DNA of 64,000 bases, from positions 17,611 through 81,610 of the forward strand of contig CAJFCJ010000075.1 of assembly GCA_904063045.1 (NCBI GenBank), given 5' to 3'. The translations under genes were made by a program, and so were the position numbers. This DNA comes from Dimorphilus gyrociliatus (taxonomy: Eukaryota > Animalia > Annelida). Every line of letters starts with the position of its first letter. Within the stretch, counting starts at the first letter, position 1. Below the pieces are notes generated by a model. The model was not told the DNA's origin, did no database searches, and saw only the letters and a program-made list of their open reading frames with translations. This document shows, in pieces, positions 27,201 through 38,720 of the stretch.

Positions 27201-30200
27201 TTCAACCAGATCATTTGTATACATCACTCCAAAGCTTTTCAAATAGCCGTTTCCATTACACTGACCACTTGATATAACTTTTACAATATGATGTTGAATT
27301 CCCAGATCAAATTGCCACTTTCCCGATGAAATATAATATCCAAAAGTTTGAAAAACAGGTATACAACCCAACCGAATTTCGTGAATTCCGTAATCTAAGT
27401 TGAACAGTTTTTCGGATAACATTTGAGAATGTAATATATAAAGATTTGTTAAACCGAGCGGTTTTGTGAATTTATCAACATCAATACCACTGCTGTAGTT
27501 GAAACCAAATATTTCAAGCCTTAACGCCAATCTTCCTTGATAAATTCCAGGATAAAATACAGCGTATTGAGCAATCAGGTAGGGATTGAATGCATTTTGA
27601 ACGACAGATTTATGGTTAATATTTCCAAAAAATTTCTGAAAAGATTATTGTTTATAATCCTATACCAGTTTATGTTGAAATATCAAAAAAATAAAATTAC
27701 CCGACGTTCTCCCTTAGACGTTTTTACAATATTTACAATATCTGTTCTATTACTGACGTCCAAATAGAAATATTTTATCCACGTATTATCCCTACCACCA
27801 GCGCCCTCTATATTAATTCTTGTCATTCTAACTATTCTTCCAAAATTGAACTTATTTTTAAAAATATAATGAATGTTAGGCATTAAATTAGTAAACGTTT
27901 TAGAAACTAACTTTTATATATGAATTTACGGATGATAGACGAAAGTGGCCGCCATTCATTGGGTTAGATAAACCGTAGAATTGTCTATCAACCATCCGCA
28001 ATTGAGATACTCCATACTTGGTTGGATATAGTACTACATCAGTTTCAATGTTGCCATCCGAAATTCCAGTTGGACCATTAATTAAAGCTTCCTCTTTTTC
28101 ATCACCCTCAACTATAGAATACATTTCCCAAGTGTCCCAATGGCTAGTATCGTATATCGGTTCAGAATTTGTATCGGAAGTGGTAGTACCATTGTACAAA
28201 TAGCATTTTCTATCAGTATTCTTAAGCTTAAAACTGAAACCTTTACACTTAAAGCTTGTTTGATGTTGACACAGGTACGAGCAACCCTCAACCTGAGCAG
28301 TTTCATAGGTTTGCGCCAAATGAGCAGAATTTAATCGAGCATTGTGAAGAAAGAACCACTTGATGATTGGGGCATCGATTTTCCCTTTTAGAAGAAAAAG
28401 AAACGGCAATTTCAATTTAATAATAAAAAATGATACGGATAATATAAAATTGAATTAAAACTAACTATTAGCCTTCATTTCGCATATATAATGACTATAA
28501 ACAGAACAATCTACGTTATGCCAGCCTTGATTTGAAGAAAATGCGCAATATTGTGAAGGAATGTCAGGCTCCCCGGTCATGTAATCACGATCGAAATTTG
28601 TAAAATTATGCCGAGCGTCATTAGTCCACTGCCAATTAACGTTTGAATTTAGCTTCTTCATTCGACTAGTTTGCGCAATGGAATCATTTCTTATCAATCC
28701 AATAAATATTCTAGATGTTAATCTAAAGATTATAAAATAGTGCTCAAAACGTAAAATTCTGATTTATCAAAAAAAAGAGACTGGCAAACCTTCTCATTAA
28801 ATATACGGCAAGTGAATCTTCTTCTATTGAGGAAATTTCAATGACGTATGCTTCACTAGACCAGACAACATTCCTACAAATACTCCTTATCAAGTTAGTA
28901 TCATCATTCGAACTACCGTAGATTGAACCAGGAAAGTATTGATAGCATGATTCACCGTATTCTATTGTATTTGGTGGACAAGCTTCAGCTTCGCATGCAT
29001 TAACAAAGTACTCAACGCACGGGATAACGAAATTACTAGCTAAACTCCAGAAGTTTAATTGTAATTTAGTTGCCGAATGAAGATTTAGTAATGTTATATT
29101 AAAGGTTTTATCATCGTCTAATCGGTTAATTGTATATTTATCCAATGGTCTCCAAACGTTATTGCCCCTAGACCAGTCTATGCTCCATTCTGGAATTGGT
29201 GTATTTGAAAATTGAATTTGAACAGCTGTTAAATGATATAATAAATGAAATTCAATGACGATTGTAGATTCCACTCTTTTATAAGTTGAATTTGACGTTT
29301 TATTGTAAATATTTGTCGTTTTCTGTTGCATAGGACAAGTTGCCGTTGTTGTTGCATTGTTTTCAAGGTCAAGTCTTGGACAAACGGCTATGAAAGTGAA
29401 ATTTAACTCATTTTTGAAACAGCAACTTTTTAACTCTTACCATCTAATTTCCCATAAAATTCAAATAACGCACATCCAGAGCCGATGACGCTATCTGAGT
29501 AAATACGAACATATCTAGCTCTTATAGGCTCGTCCAATCTTACTTGAATTGGGGTGAGCGTTTGCCATTCGATTGATCCAGAAAACTGTAAGACTTCTCC
29601 ATTGCTATTTTTGACCTTTTCCAACATGTCTTCAATATGGTAGGCTACAGCCAGAGAGAATTTTTTAAGATAACCTGCGGAAGTTGCGGACGGAGCTACA
29701 CTCAACCCATAGAATTGAATGGGCAATGACCATGTTACATCGAACCAATCGTCACTCTTGACTGGGATAAAACACTGTTTCTGGAAAGGATAATCACTGG
29801 CACGGCCTCTCAATCTTGCTAGAAAAGGGGCATAGTGATAAGTAGTACTAGTCGTAATATGTTTTGCGCTTATTTGCATATCATCTATAAGACCCGACTC
29901 CATTCCCAATGCAACTCCTTCCAGATCTGTATGAGAAAAATGAATAGAAGCATTTTTAACGGATTAATGCCAATCCAAACCTCTAACTGAAATGTTTTCA
30001 TCCAGCTGACAACCCCGAACTGATAAACGGAAATCCGGTGTCAAGTGCCAACTTTTGGGATTAATGCGAAAACAACGTAAAACAATTGGCAATTTGAAGA
30101 GAATAACCCTAGCCAGAGACCAGAATTTATGACCAATCATTTCCTTCAAATGATGTAAAATTAACGACAATTTAAATTTATTACACAGAAGAAAAAAAAC

Positions 30201-31467
30201 TTACAATAATTTCTTTTGTTTCTTTTCTATTGTACCAAGAAAAATCTAAACAATTCAAACTATGCAAAAAGTAATGATTCTCTATTGTATGTTTGCCGTG
30301 TCTCTCTCCACCTAGAATATGATATCCAGTTATATTGTAAAGATTTATGAGATCTACTTGAAGCCATTGGAATAGGTTTATGTTTTGTGGTCTAAAACAT
30401 CCCAGAAAGTTGTCTTGTTTGAAACTTTCAACTTTGGCTTGTTGAGGTTGAGACTGATCCAAAACATTTACAGTAGATGCTGTAAAACTCGATTCAGGAA
30501 GATTATCTATAACAGTACTTTCCTTCATACAAAATGGCGCCGTATTGCCTTCGCATTCCCATTGATAAATGTTAAATGTTGAATCAAAGATTAATTTATC
30601 AAAATCCTCAGCAAAAACTTTTGTCGAATGTATAAAACATTGTTTGGTAATAATATTCCACGAAATACTAGAACAATTGCCGAGTTTACCAGAAAAGCAG
30701 TCCTAATAGGGTTCAAGAAAGAAGGAATATAATATTAGCAAGTTCAATATCAAAATGAATATATTATACTTGAAGACAAATCTCTAATGGACCCTCGAAT
30801 TTAACGGATGGTCTAGGATCTTTATACTTCTTTAGAACGTGCCAATAAGGTCTACAGCCACTCTTATCAACTAGTTTATTGAAAGAAAAAAACTAACATG
30901 AAGGTGTTTGTTTTGTTTGTTGATTTATTTATTTAAAATGACAAACTTTCTGATATTTCACAAATATAGCCAGGATTGCTATACGTCTCAGGAACGTCTA
31001 ACCACATTCCAGTTTTTGTTTCCATGACTACGTAGGGTTCGTTGTTCATGTAATTATTTTCGCCATTGTCGAAATTATGAAAATTCAATGGTGTTCCATC
31101 AAACCAAACGAAATCAGTGGAAAACTTTCCTTGCGTATCATTTCTAATTAAGCCTATATAATAAGAATTTCTAATAGAATATTCCAGATATAGCTGAAGA
31201 AATGAAAGCTTTCTAGCAGATTCAATTTTTATCACAGTTCCACTAAGATTTTTGCACAACGAGTTGATTTGTAAAGGTGAATTTGAATTGTTTTCAAGTT
31301 TGATTACGCAATTATCCAGATATCTTATCCAGCCAGAGGGACAATTATCACCTATTTGTTTTTGTTTGCCTTTTTTAAACACGCTAAATTTTTTAATTAT
31401 TAAATTTACCTTGCGCAATTTTTACCATAGGAATTAAAGCGAAAATCAGCATGAAAAGCAACTCCAT
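10690..31467 (-). CDS. PKD1L: Giant polycystin-1-like (PKD1-like/REJ family) 11-TM receptor-channel with a multi-lectin ectodomain; 33 exons, about 6,109 aa
   Basis: Every junction was traced by hand and stays in frame; the exon sum of 18,330 nt is divisible by 3. Exons: 31410-31467, 30947-31351, 30770-30870, 30205-30702, 29981-30143, 29441-29926, 28790-29387, 28466-28710, 27912-28384, 27701-27850, 26739-27635, 26134-26453, 25858-26066, 25608-25785, 25099-25546, 24556-25032, 24343-24496, 23971-24293, 23789-23903, 23543-23723, 23258-23469, 22924-23202, 21813-22859, 21454-21663, 21123-21356, 20881-21042, 19912-20802, 16022-19856, 15102-15957, 14907-15032, 14745-14832, 12366-14669, 10690-12296. 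Signal peptide MELLFMLIFALIPMVKIAQG. Confidence 0.88.
12366..14669 (-). CDS. PKD1-like exon: GAIN/GPS region, TM1, PLAT/LH2 domain, TM2-5
   Basis: CKLWNGNVWQESDSCKV (GPS), TM1 AAVFGTICSLFVLFIPLALLV, YEVHVYTGNQRKGGTKSKVALTCYG...WFLSRIII...FDCDQWLS (PLAT), HLWVSV...FTRFQRLTVC, QWGQEKSLQWLISF...VQPIKV. Confidence 0.92.
14745..19856 (-). CDS. PKD1-like exons: tandem PKD repeats (3.8 kb exon) and REJ module
   Basis: Repeated Y-x-I/V-x-F/Y-G-D-G ... Y-x-x-x-G-x-Y/F-x-V motifs (YEISFGDG, VVDYGDG, IFDFGDD). REJ signatures: FFSFDPDND, YFKWYCRK, MNRPPFGGNCNCQP, FEISCRGW, MLPVG, VIDSIG. Confidence 0.9.
19912..21663 (-). CDS. PKD1-like exons: F-type lectin (FTP/fucolectin-like) domain, EGF-like/EB module, and beta-sandwich repeats
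   Basis: Spliced YNVALGKIAFQ...ANLAIDG...CAMGEFTTNPWWVVNLQKVFNVTGITVANRKDCC|SSELSNF...LTLCEVEIN; FGENCDSDSNC...CQCSAYT...C; repeats of the YICINV/CFRII...N-x-x-N-D/N-x-x-C type. Confidence 0.8.
21813..22859 (-). CDS. Exon encoding an F5/8 domain followed by a fibrinogen C-terminal (FReD) domain
   Basis: NPWILFYFD...QGTG...QIELYGC, then FADCLSL...CFGDWTILGQK...WSDYKNGYED...FWAGN...FYTIDSDNELSCAQNTNSGWWFPNNSCSTSNLLG...FKIKP. Confidence 0.85.
22924..31467 (-). CDS. N-terminal lectin array of the PKD1-like gene: 4 C-type lectin and 4 PAN/apple domains, plus about 9 F5/8 domains (a tenth lies in the next exon)
   Basis: CTLs: CPSGWIRYLDNC...YYIGL...WLDVP...YICE; CPPNTIEYGESCY...EPD...WHNVDC...YICE; CPPGSVRNLNKCY; CPPGYFVFGRKC. 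PANs: ICLQDC...CSSISW...C; GCSYLC...CKGFSF...CYLY; TCLDYC...CISVGW...CQLY; DCLMAC...CISFAF...CILY. F5/8 domains end in RLSVRGC, FEFYG, LEIFG, MELYG, LEIIGC. Confidence 0.85.
26499..26714. mobile_element. MITE (about 200 bp) with ~25-bp TIRs, inside a PKD1-like intron; older copy of the family at 51467 and 55255
   Basis: Ends gttgaaaacggcca...tggccgttattcaac; internal gttagggttatggtaaaaccacaaa matches the other copies. TSD is degenerate. Confidence 0.7.
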
Positions 31468-31979
31468 TTCCAACTGATGTTGCTCAATTGTTCACAGATT
31501 CATTTTGCTTGAATCTTTTAAATAAATATGATATTACTCAGTTCCTTTAAAAGGTTAATTTAATGTGTAAACAATAAACAAATGTAAGAAACACGTATTA
31601 TAATGACTAAAGAGAAAAATGATGATCCTGAATTATTGAAGAGAGATCAATACACATTTGCGTTCAGCTTTTCCAAGAATAATCTAGCCCTGACCCTGAG
31701 AATAAGAAAAAATTTACCATCTTAACAATATTTATTATTCTTTTATATATATAGCTATTGAAATCGTAATGGAACGATTTAGTATGGTATAAATTACCTT
31801 TTGTTGAATTTTATATAATATAATTAATGCCTTAAGTTTTCATTATTGATTGTCTTAATATTTGATACATTAAAATGATTGGTGTTTTTATAACTGAAAT
31901 CTTAATTATTCATAATGCAATCAGAGAGGTAAAATTGAAAATGAAACAATTTATAATTTTCATTTTGTTTATTATTTAA

Positions 31980-32359
31980 CGCCATCTAGTGGGAGTATTT
32001 AACAACTTAGGACAACGGGGTAAAATATAATTTACGTCCCCAGTCTTGGGTTAATCAACTCAATTCCAGATCTTTGGATACCAATTAACAACAGCTATTA
32101 ATGTACAAATGTTCAAACAAGATAAGCATAAACCTATCCTTTCATAAAAGTGGACTTTGCTCTTCAATTACTGCTTCTATGACTGCCTCTGTCCAGGAAA
32201 ACCCTACAGTATTTCCTATCATACTTTAAGTGTAACTATTTGTTTGCTACTAGTTACTATTGATTAGTCTTACAGTTGAAAAATATGAAAACCCTTTCAA
32301 AATGTCGTAAAATCACGTACTAAATACTTAAATTGGCAAATTCTTATACAGGTGGCGCT
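31980..32359. promoter_or_regulatory. Pair of divergently oriented CTCF-like motifs about 0.5-0.9 kb upstream of the PKD1-like start codon
   Basis: 31980-31992 reverse complement CCACTAGATGGCG and 32348-32359 ACAGGTGGCGCT match the bilaterian CTCF core CCASYAGRKGGCR. Both are GC-rich islands in an AT-rich background. Confidence 0.35.
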
Positions 32360-32389
32360 GGTAGAGATGTGTGAAAAATAAGCTACTTT

Positions 32390-32850
32390 TTACTTTTGTT
32401 CTTTTAGGACAATGAAATTATACAAAATTACTTGGAATAGGCCTACATGATTGTAAATCTGAATCAAATATTGGTTTTAGAATTGGTGATGTAATTGGAA
32501 GTCAAAAGAACTTGATCAATTGATTTTTGGCGATAATAGATTAGCTTTACCTAATAGTCAATTTAATGCAACAAATGGCAATGTAGTTAGCAAAGCAATT
32601 GGACACCAAAAAGGCTTGACTTTCTTATTTATTGGCGAAAATCAATTTGGTTTTGAAATTGGAAATGTATATTTGAAAATATTAAGGAAAATTGTATCAA
32701 ATAAGAAGCGTTAGGCCTATTAAATTGCAGTTTTGATGAAAGTATTGGTAGTGTTGTAGGCGAAGCAATTGGTATGCGAAAGCAACTCAATTATTTAACT
32801 CTTGATAAAAATAAATTAAGTTCAAAAGTTTGAAGGAATATTTAAAAATA
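32390..32850 (+). pseudogene. RNI-like leucine-rich repeat gene fragment
   Basis: Frameshifted repeats (VVSKAIGHQKGLTFLFIGENQFG; LLNCSFDESIGSVVGEAIGMRKQLNYLTLDKNKL) resemble the 34243-34659 LRRs (IIGRAIGCNPNLEYLNLEKNAIG). Confidence 0.65.
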
Positions 32851-34120
32851 AAGTAAACTTCATAAAAATTGGAACACCTCTAATTTTGAATAGGCCAACA
32901 TATTAACAATGTTTTCCACTAAGAAAAAAGAATTTTTTTAATTTTTTTTGCATAAAATGTTAGATGAAGCTTAAATTTATATATAATTTTCTTTCAAATA
33001 CGATTTAAGTAAGATTTTACATCATTTTTTTTTGTTTATATCATGTACTGTTTTATTGATTTTTTTTTCTTATTTGGCCACACTTCATAATAATTGGAAC
33101 ACCAACAAAAATGTTCCTATTATTCCTATTTATGAATATGACTACCCTTTTTTTGAAACATTGCCTGATTCTATGCCCCATTCCATCATATAGACTTGGT
33201 ATCAACCCTGGCTGCTCTTTTATAAGCTCATAAGAGCATTTTTTTATTTTTTTCCACAATTCAAACCTGAGGATGAATTGTAGACCATCATATACCAGGT
33301 TTTTGGTAAGGTGCCACATGTTCTCAATTGGGTTGAGGTCAGGGCTCTTTGCTGGCCAATCTAGAGGATGGATGTCATTCATCTTAAAGGCTCTTTTAGT
33401 CATCCTTGCTGTGTGGCACCCAGCATTATCTTGCTGGAAGATGTATTTCCTCCCCATTTTTACCTCAATCTCTTTGATAACAGGGAGAACATCTTCCACA
33501 ATAAAACAGCTGTAATTTTCAGCATTAAGCCTTTTCTTTATCTACCAAATTTGGAATATTCCATCAAATGTTATCAGTCCCCAGACCATTACTCCATCTC
33601 TGCCCATATCTTTTTCACTATCTTTGGTCCACATACCAAAGTCATTTGGCCCACTCAGTGAGAATCTAGCCTTGTCAGTGAAAATTACTTTAGACCAGTC
33701 TAGATTACCACTGATCATCTGAAGACAGAAACTTTTTCTCCTCTTACAATTATTTGTTGTAAGATCAGGTGTTTGCCTAACTCAATTATACCTAAATTTT
33801 GTTTTTTCAACTCCCTTTGAATGGTTAATAGGCTAACATCTACATCTAACTCTTTCAAAAATTTTCTTGCTGTCAACCTCTCCTTATTTATTTTTATTTT
33901 CTGTATAGGCCTCTTCATCCTGCCTATATCTCTCTCCATAAGTTTCTTTGAACAACCTCTATTCTCCCCTTTTGGTAGTTGATACCTTAAAATATTGCTA
34001 ACAGAAGAGGGTGCCATTCCTAAAGCTCTTGCTGTGGCTCATAGTTTTGGTATTTCATTGTATTTCTTGAATACAAGCTCCCTAATGTCTTTACTCCTCA
34101 TCATATTTAAAAAAGTACAA
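32850..34120 (-). mobile_element. Tc1-family (DD34E) DNA transposon, defective
   Basis: HTH-type N-terminus (ORF 33715-34017), DWSKVIFTD...VMVWG block (33500-33720), and IFQQDNAGCH...LDWPAKSPDLNPIENMW with exactly 34 residues between D and E. Repeated cataa-aattggaacacc motif at 32861 and 33086. Frameshifts; no intact TIR pair found. Confidence 0.9.
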
Positions 34121-34204
34121 TAAAAATAAAGTAATATAAATGAAATTAACAATTAATTGATAAAGATAACTTAGAAAATCAAAGACGTTAAAAAAAAAGT
34201 TTTT

Positions 34205-36900
34205 TTGGATATCTATTTGAATGCCAAACAAGATGTCAATTTTTATTTAAAACAATTGTCTTTTATGTTCTTAAAAATTTCTCTACCAATATCTGATCCA
34301 ATGGCATTTTTTTCCAAATTCAGATATTCTAAATTCGGATTACACCCTATTGCTCTTCCAATTATCAAACCAATACTCTCATTAAATGAACAGTCTGATA
34401 AATCAAGTACTTTTAATTCAAAACAACTATTTTTAATATTTTGAAATATTTCTTTTCCAACCCCAGATCCAAATGCATTGTCTTGTAAATTCAGATATTG
34501 CAAATGAGGATTACAACCAATAGCTTTTCCAACAACCATACTAACTTCAGGATCAAAGAAACATTCAGTAAAGACTATTTCCTTCAATTGAGAACAATTG
34601 TCTTTTATATTTTGAAATATTACTTTTAGAATAGCTGTATCAATAGCTTCATCAGGCAAATTGTCTTCTTTTTCACCTTGTGAATTCAGCTCGTTATCCA
34701 GTTGTGCAATTTTTTCAAGATGTTTGTTTAAACTAATTATTTATTAAAATTACAATTTTTCTTTATAGATTCTAGGAAAATTATGTCTGAGTCAAACTGA
34801 AAGTTAGTGTTTTTAAAGTAAAGTTGTTCCAGTTGCTGTAAACCTTCATTATTCGCACTAAATAAAGAAGTACGTTGTGTTTCTAATAGAGAGTTTTTAT
34901 TTAAGATTTTAGTTCTGGCTTCATTTAAAATGAATGGATTTAAATTGAGTAGTGATATCTCTTTGATGTTAACATTTGTATGAATAGTTGATTCAAGTTT
35001 CTTATCTGATGGTCTTTTACTAAAGTTACAGGTTTGAATCTTATTCTCAATTTTTTAATATTGTTTTGAGTTTCTAAAATTTTAATGGTCTTTTCGAAGA
35101 CATCTTTTTCAAAAATGCTTTCATCAATTTCAAAGACTTGAATTGATATTTTCAAATTTCTTAAAATTTCCAGTTTACTACTCAATTTAATCTTTTTACA
35201 TTTTGTAATAATTAATGTATTATGTTGAAAGTAATGGTTTAAATGATAAAAAATATCCTGGATAAGTGAAAAATTGAAGTTTTCAGAATTTAACTGCTTA
35301 ACTAGATCAATATCATGCAATTGAATTTTTTTGTCATCTAAATCAATTGAGTTGAATATTTGTAAATTTGATATTTGATTGACTTGTTTGGCTAAATCAA
35401 TTACATTTTCAATTTTTAAATCACAGTCATAAAAGAATATTTGGGCTATCTTTGTCTTTTTCAGGGTTACTATCTTTTTGAAAAATTTAATTATTGTACA
35501 AGCTTTAAAATTATTTTCTGAAAAGTCAATAACTTCGAGTGAATTTAAAACATTTAACTGTTTTGTAATAGCTATCAAGAATTTATCGCTCAAGTTGCAT
35601 CTTTTTAAAAAGAGTTCTCGTAAGTTGTTTTCCTGAATTGAATGAAATATTTCACCATGAATATTTAAGTTATTGTCTGAAATGTTTAGATAACTGTAGT
35701 TATTGAAAGTATATTTCTTGTTGAAGAGTTGTTCTGTTAAATTGCATTTGCAACAGTTGATTTTCAGATTTGCTTTTAAAGGATGTTTTAATAGAGATAG
35801 TATTTTATGTGCCTTCTTTTCAATCCCAGTATTATGACTGATTGATAAGTCTGACAAATCCTTTAGTTTTGGCAAACTTTCACTTAAATAATCAATAGAT
35901 TGATCAGTTAAATTACAATTTGTCAAATCTAATTGATTTAATTGAAGCGATGTGTGAATAATTTTTTGAAATACACAAAATAATAAATTATTGCTGATAT
36001 CATTATTTGTAAATGCTACAGATTTCAAATTCAATTTACTTGATTCATTGTTCAAGTCTATTTTATCATCCAAGACTTTTATTTTTGGTAGTTTTAGTCT
36101 TTCTAGAGAATCCATTTTGAGGATATATTTTATAAATTCACAATCTTTAGATTCTATCAAAGTATTTCCCTCCAACTCTAACACTCTTAGAAATAAGCAA
36201 TTCTTAAGTAATGTCACCAATTCTTGTGCAGAAAACTTTATATTACAATGGTTAAGCTTTAATATTTTCAAATAATTATGATTTTCTGCAATTATTGATA
36301 TTAACAACTTATCTGAATTTTGACTGAAGTTTTTGTCGCATAGGCCTAATTCAGTCAATATTGTAAAATTTTTCAGACTATTTATCATTGAACATTGAAA
36401 ATCCTTGATCACATTAATTGAGATTGATTTTTTTAGCATCACTTGATAAAAGTGTATTGAACAGCATATCAATGTTCTTTTCTGTAAAATGACAAAACAT
36501 TTCTAAACATTTTTTTTTTGTAAGTAATAAATATTTACCAATAATTTTGCATCTTGTAAATTTGACTTTGGTCAAAGTCTTGCATTCATTTTTTTGATTG
36601 CGAAAAACATCCAATGAAAAGATGTTGCAATTGTTTAGTGTTAAAGATTTAAGAGATAATGATTCAATGGAAATTTGTAAATGTTTTTCATCCTTGAAAA
36701 GAATATCAGAGAAAATGGAGGAATAGTATACCATGCCAAATGCTTGGTTTCATAATGTCATTTTCAATAATATTTTCCATGTTGAATGTCCTTTTATTGA
36801 CATAGGAAAGATATAAAATTGTATTGATTCCATTAAAATTAAATACATTTAAAGAACACCCAAAAAGAATGGGGATTATTGCATTTCTAATAGCTATAAT
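34205..36900 (-). pseudogene. Large RNI-like LRR protein (NLR-type LRR region), frameshifted and truncated
   Basis: ORFs 36414-36734, 34940-36472 and 34243-34659 carry LxxLxLxxC/NxL repeats (LKILKLNHCNI, LNQLDLTNCNL, LEVIDFSENNF, LQYLNLQDNAF). Frames break; no NACHT motif seen. Confidence 0.7.
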
Positions 36901-37172
36901 TTTGGCTACAATACCTATGTTAAGATTTAAAGTTAGTAGAGAATTTTTGAAATTAATTTTTTGAAGTCTATTCTCTTGCCTTTAAATAAAGGACTTTTAC
37001 TCTAAATCATCAATTTGTATAAACATTTATATTGGATATGATAAGACTGATGGTTGAATCTATTCTTTTATTGTCTTTGGCTTGATGATGTATCAATTTT
37101 TATCAATATACCAATCAAAAAAAAAATGATAGCCAAATCTGTCTGTTTCAGAAGAAAAAATATTTCAATAAA

Positions 37173-37182
37173 NNNNNNNNNN
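37173..37182. other. Assembly gap (10 N)
   Basis: Run of n characters. Confidence 0.99.
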
Positions 37183-38269
37183 TGATTTCGAACTAAAACT
37201 AGTTCAATTAAATATCAATTATGCTTAAATTCTAAGTTTAGATTATATTCACTATTCAACAGTATTGTATACACAATACTGTTCTTTTTAACATGCATTA
37301 ATCAGATATACTTCCTCCTTATATGCTGATGCTAATTTACTAACTCAATCAATTGAATATCATTATTAAGGTAGAATATAAAAAATATACAATCTACATG
37401 TTTTCTTGATTGTTGACTTGTCCTACTAAAATTGTTACATCTTATGCAACTCTCCAACCTTCGAAATTCAACTATTATTTAGAAGAGGAAAACAATAAAA
37501 ACATGACCATATTTAGAACTTTAAACCTTTGAAAAGTTTAAAAATACTACTCAGTAATAATTTCAAATTGTGTTGTTTATCAGATTTATTTTTTGTTTTT
37601 TCAAAGAAAATCACAACTTTATAAAAATAGTTAGATTACTTTTAACTTAAATATTTTATATCAAAGTTCAAGGTCAAAATATTTCTTTTGCAGCAATCAA
37701 CTTTATAGAAAAGAGAAAATATTTTAATATAGTTTGCTTTTGCAATGATAATTTAGAAAGTTTTTCTCCAACTAAAGATAATTATTTAAATATGTCAATA
37801 AAGAGGAAATTGAGAATTATCAAAGATATTTTAAATTGTCTACAGTTTATGCATAAAACGAAATATGCTTCAATGGAAATTTCAATATTAACAATGTTTA
37901 TCTTTCGTATGTAAAATATGTCTTTTTTAAAAAAATTTTCCCTTTTTCTTAAATTTTCATCAGGTTTATGAAAATTCAAGATTAACTATAAACTGGTAAG
38001 AGATACTTTGAAAAAAATGATATCCTTTCTTTTTCGTCACTGATATTTAATATATTTGAACCTTTAATCTATCTATCTGAGTGAATTTCTGTGTCATAAA
38101 GATAAAGTTTTTTCTTAATTTTTTTTGTAATTTTAATAAATTTTTTGGTTTTAATGTTTTTTATGGTTTGACTAGGATAGGAATACTAATGAAACGCTCA
38201 CTATTAAAATGAATAATAACCTGTTGAAAACAATTGTTCCTCTAAATTTGAAATTATAAAAAATAGAAG

Positions 38270-38720
38270 CCAGTAAGGCGGGAATTAATTAGTTCATAAT
38301 GGCTTTTCTTTTAGTATTTCATTTAAAATCAAAAAGAGAACTGTGTTGATATGCGACAGAAGAAATAAGAGTCAAAGGTGTCTTGTTAGAGTCAATCAAA
38401 ATGAAAATTTTTAAATACAGGAACTGAGCTGCTTTTGTGAATAAAAGGGAATAGGTGGCAGCTATAACACCATGCAAAATATAATGACATTATCATTTCT
38501 GCCATCCAACATTATTAAAACTTCTTTCAATAATAATGTTCAGACAGCTTCTATACATTCAGAGTTTTAATGGATTTACATCAATAACTAGTGGTTTTAT
38601 AGATATTTTCTATCACAAAACTAGTCAATACATGATGAGGCAATCAGAATCAACAATGATCTAGAAGGATGGTTTAATAAATCTATTCTTATATTGTATT
38701 TGTCTTCATCCTATGTGATC
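38270..38720 (+). mobile_element. Mutator-like (MULE) transposase remnant with a FLYWCH-like motif; mirrored at about 43240-43690
   Basis: Degenerate KGGNxLVHNGFSF...LICDRRNKSQRC (FLYWCH-like) and IRINNDLEGWFNK (MULE RTNNxxEGWH motif). Confidence 0.55.
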
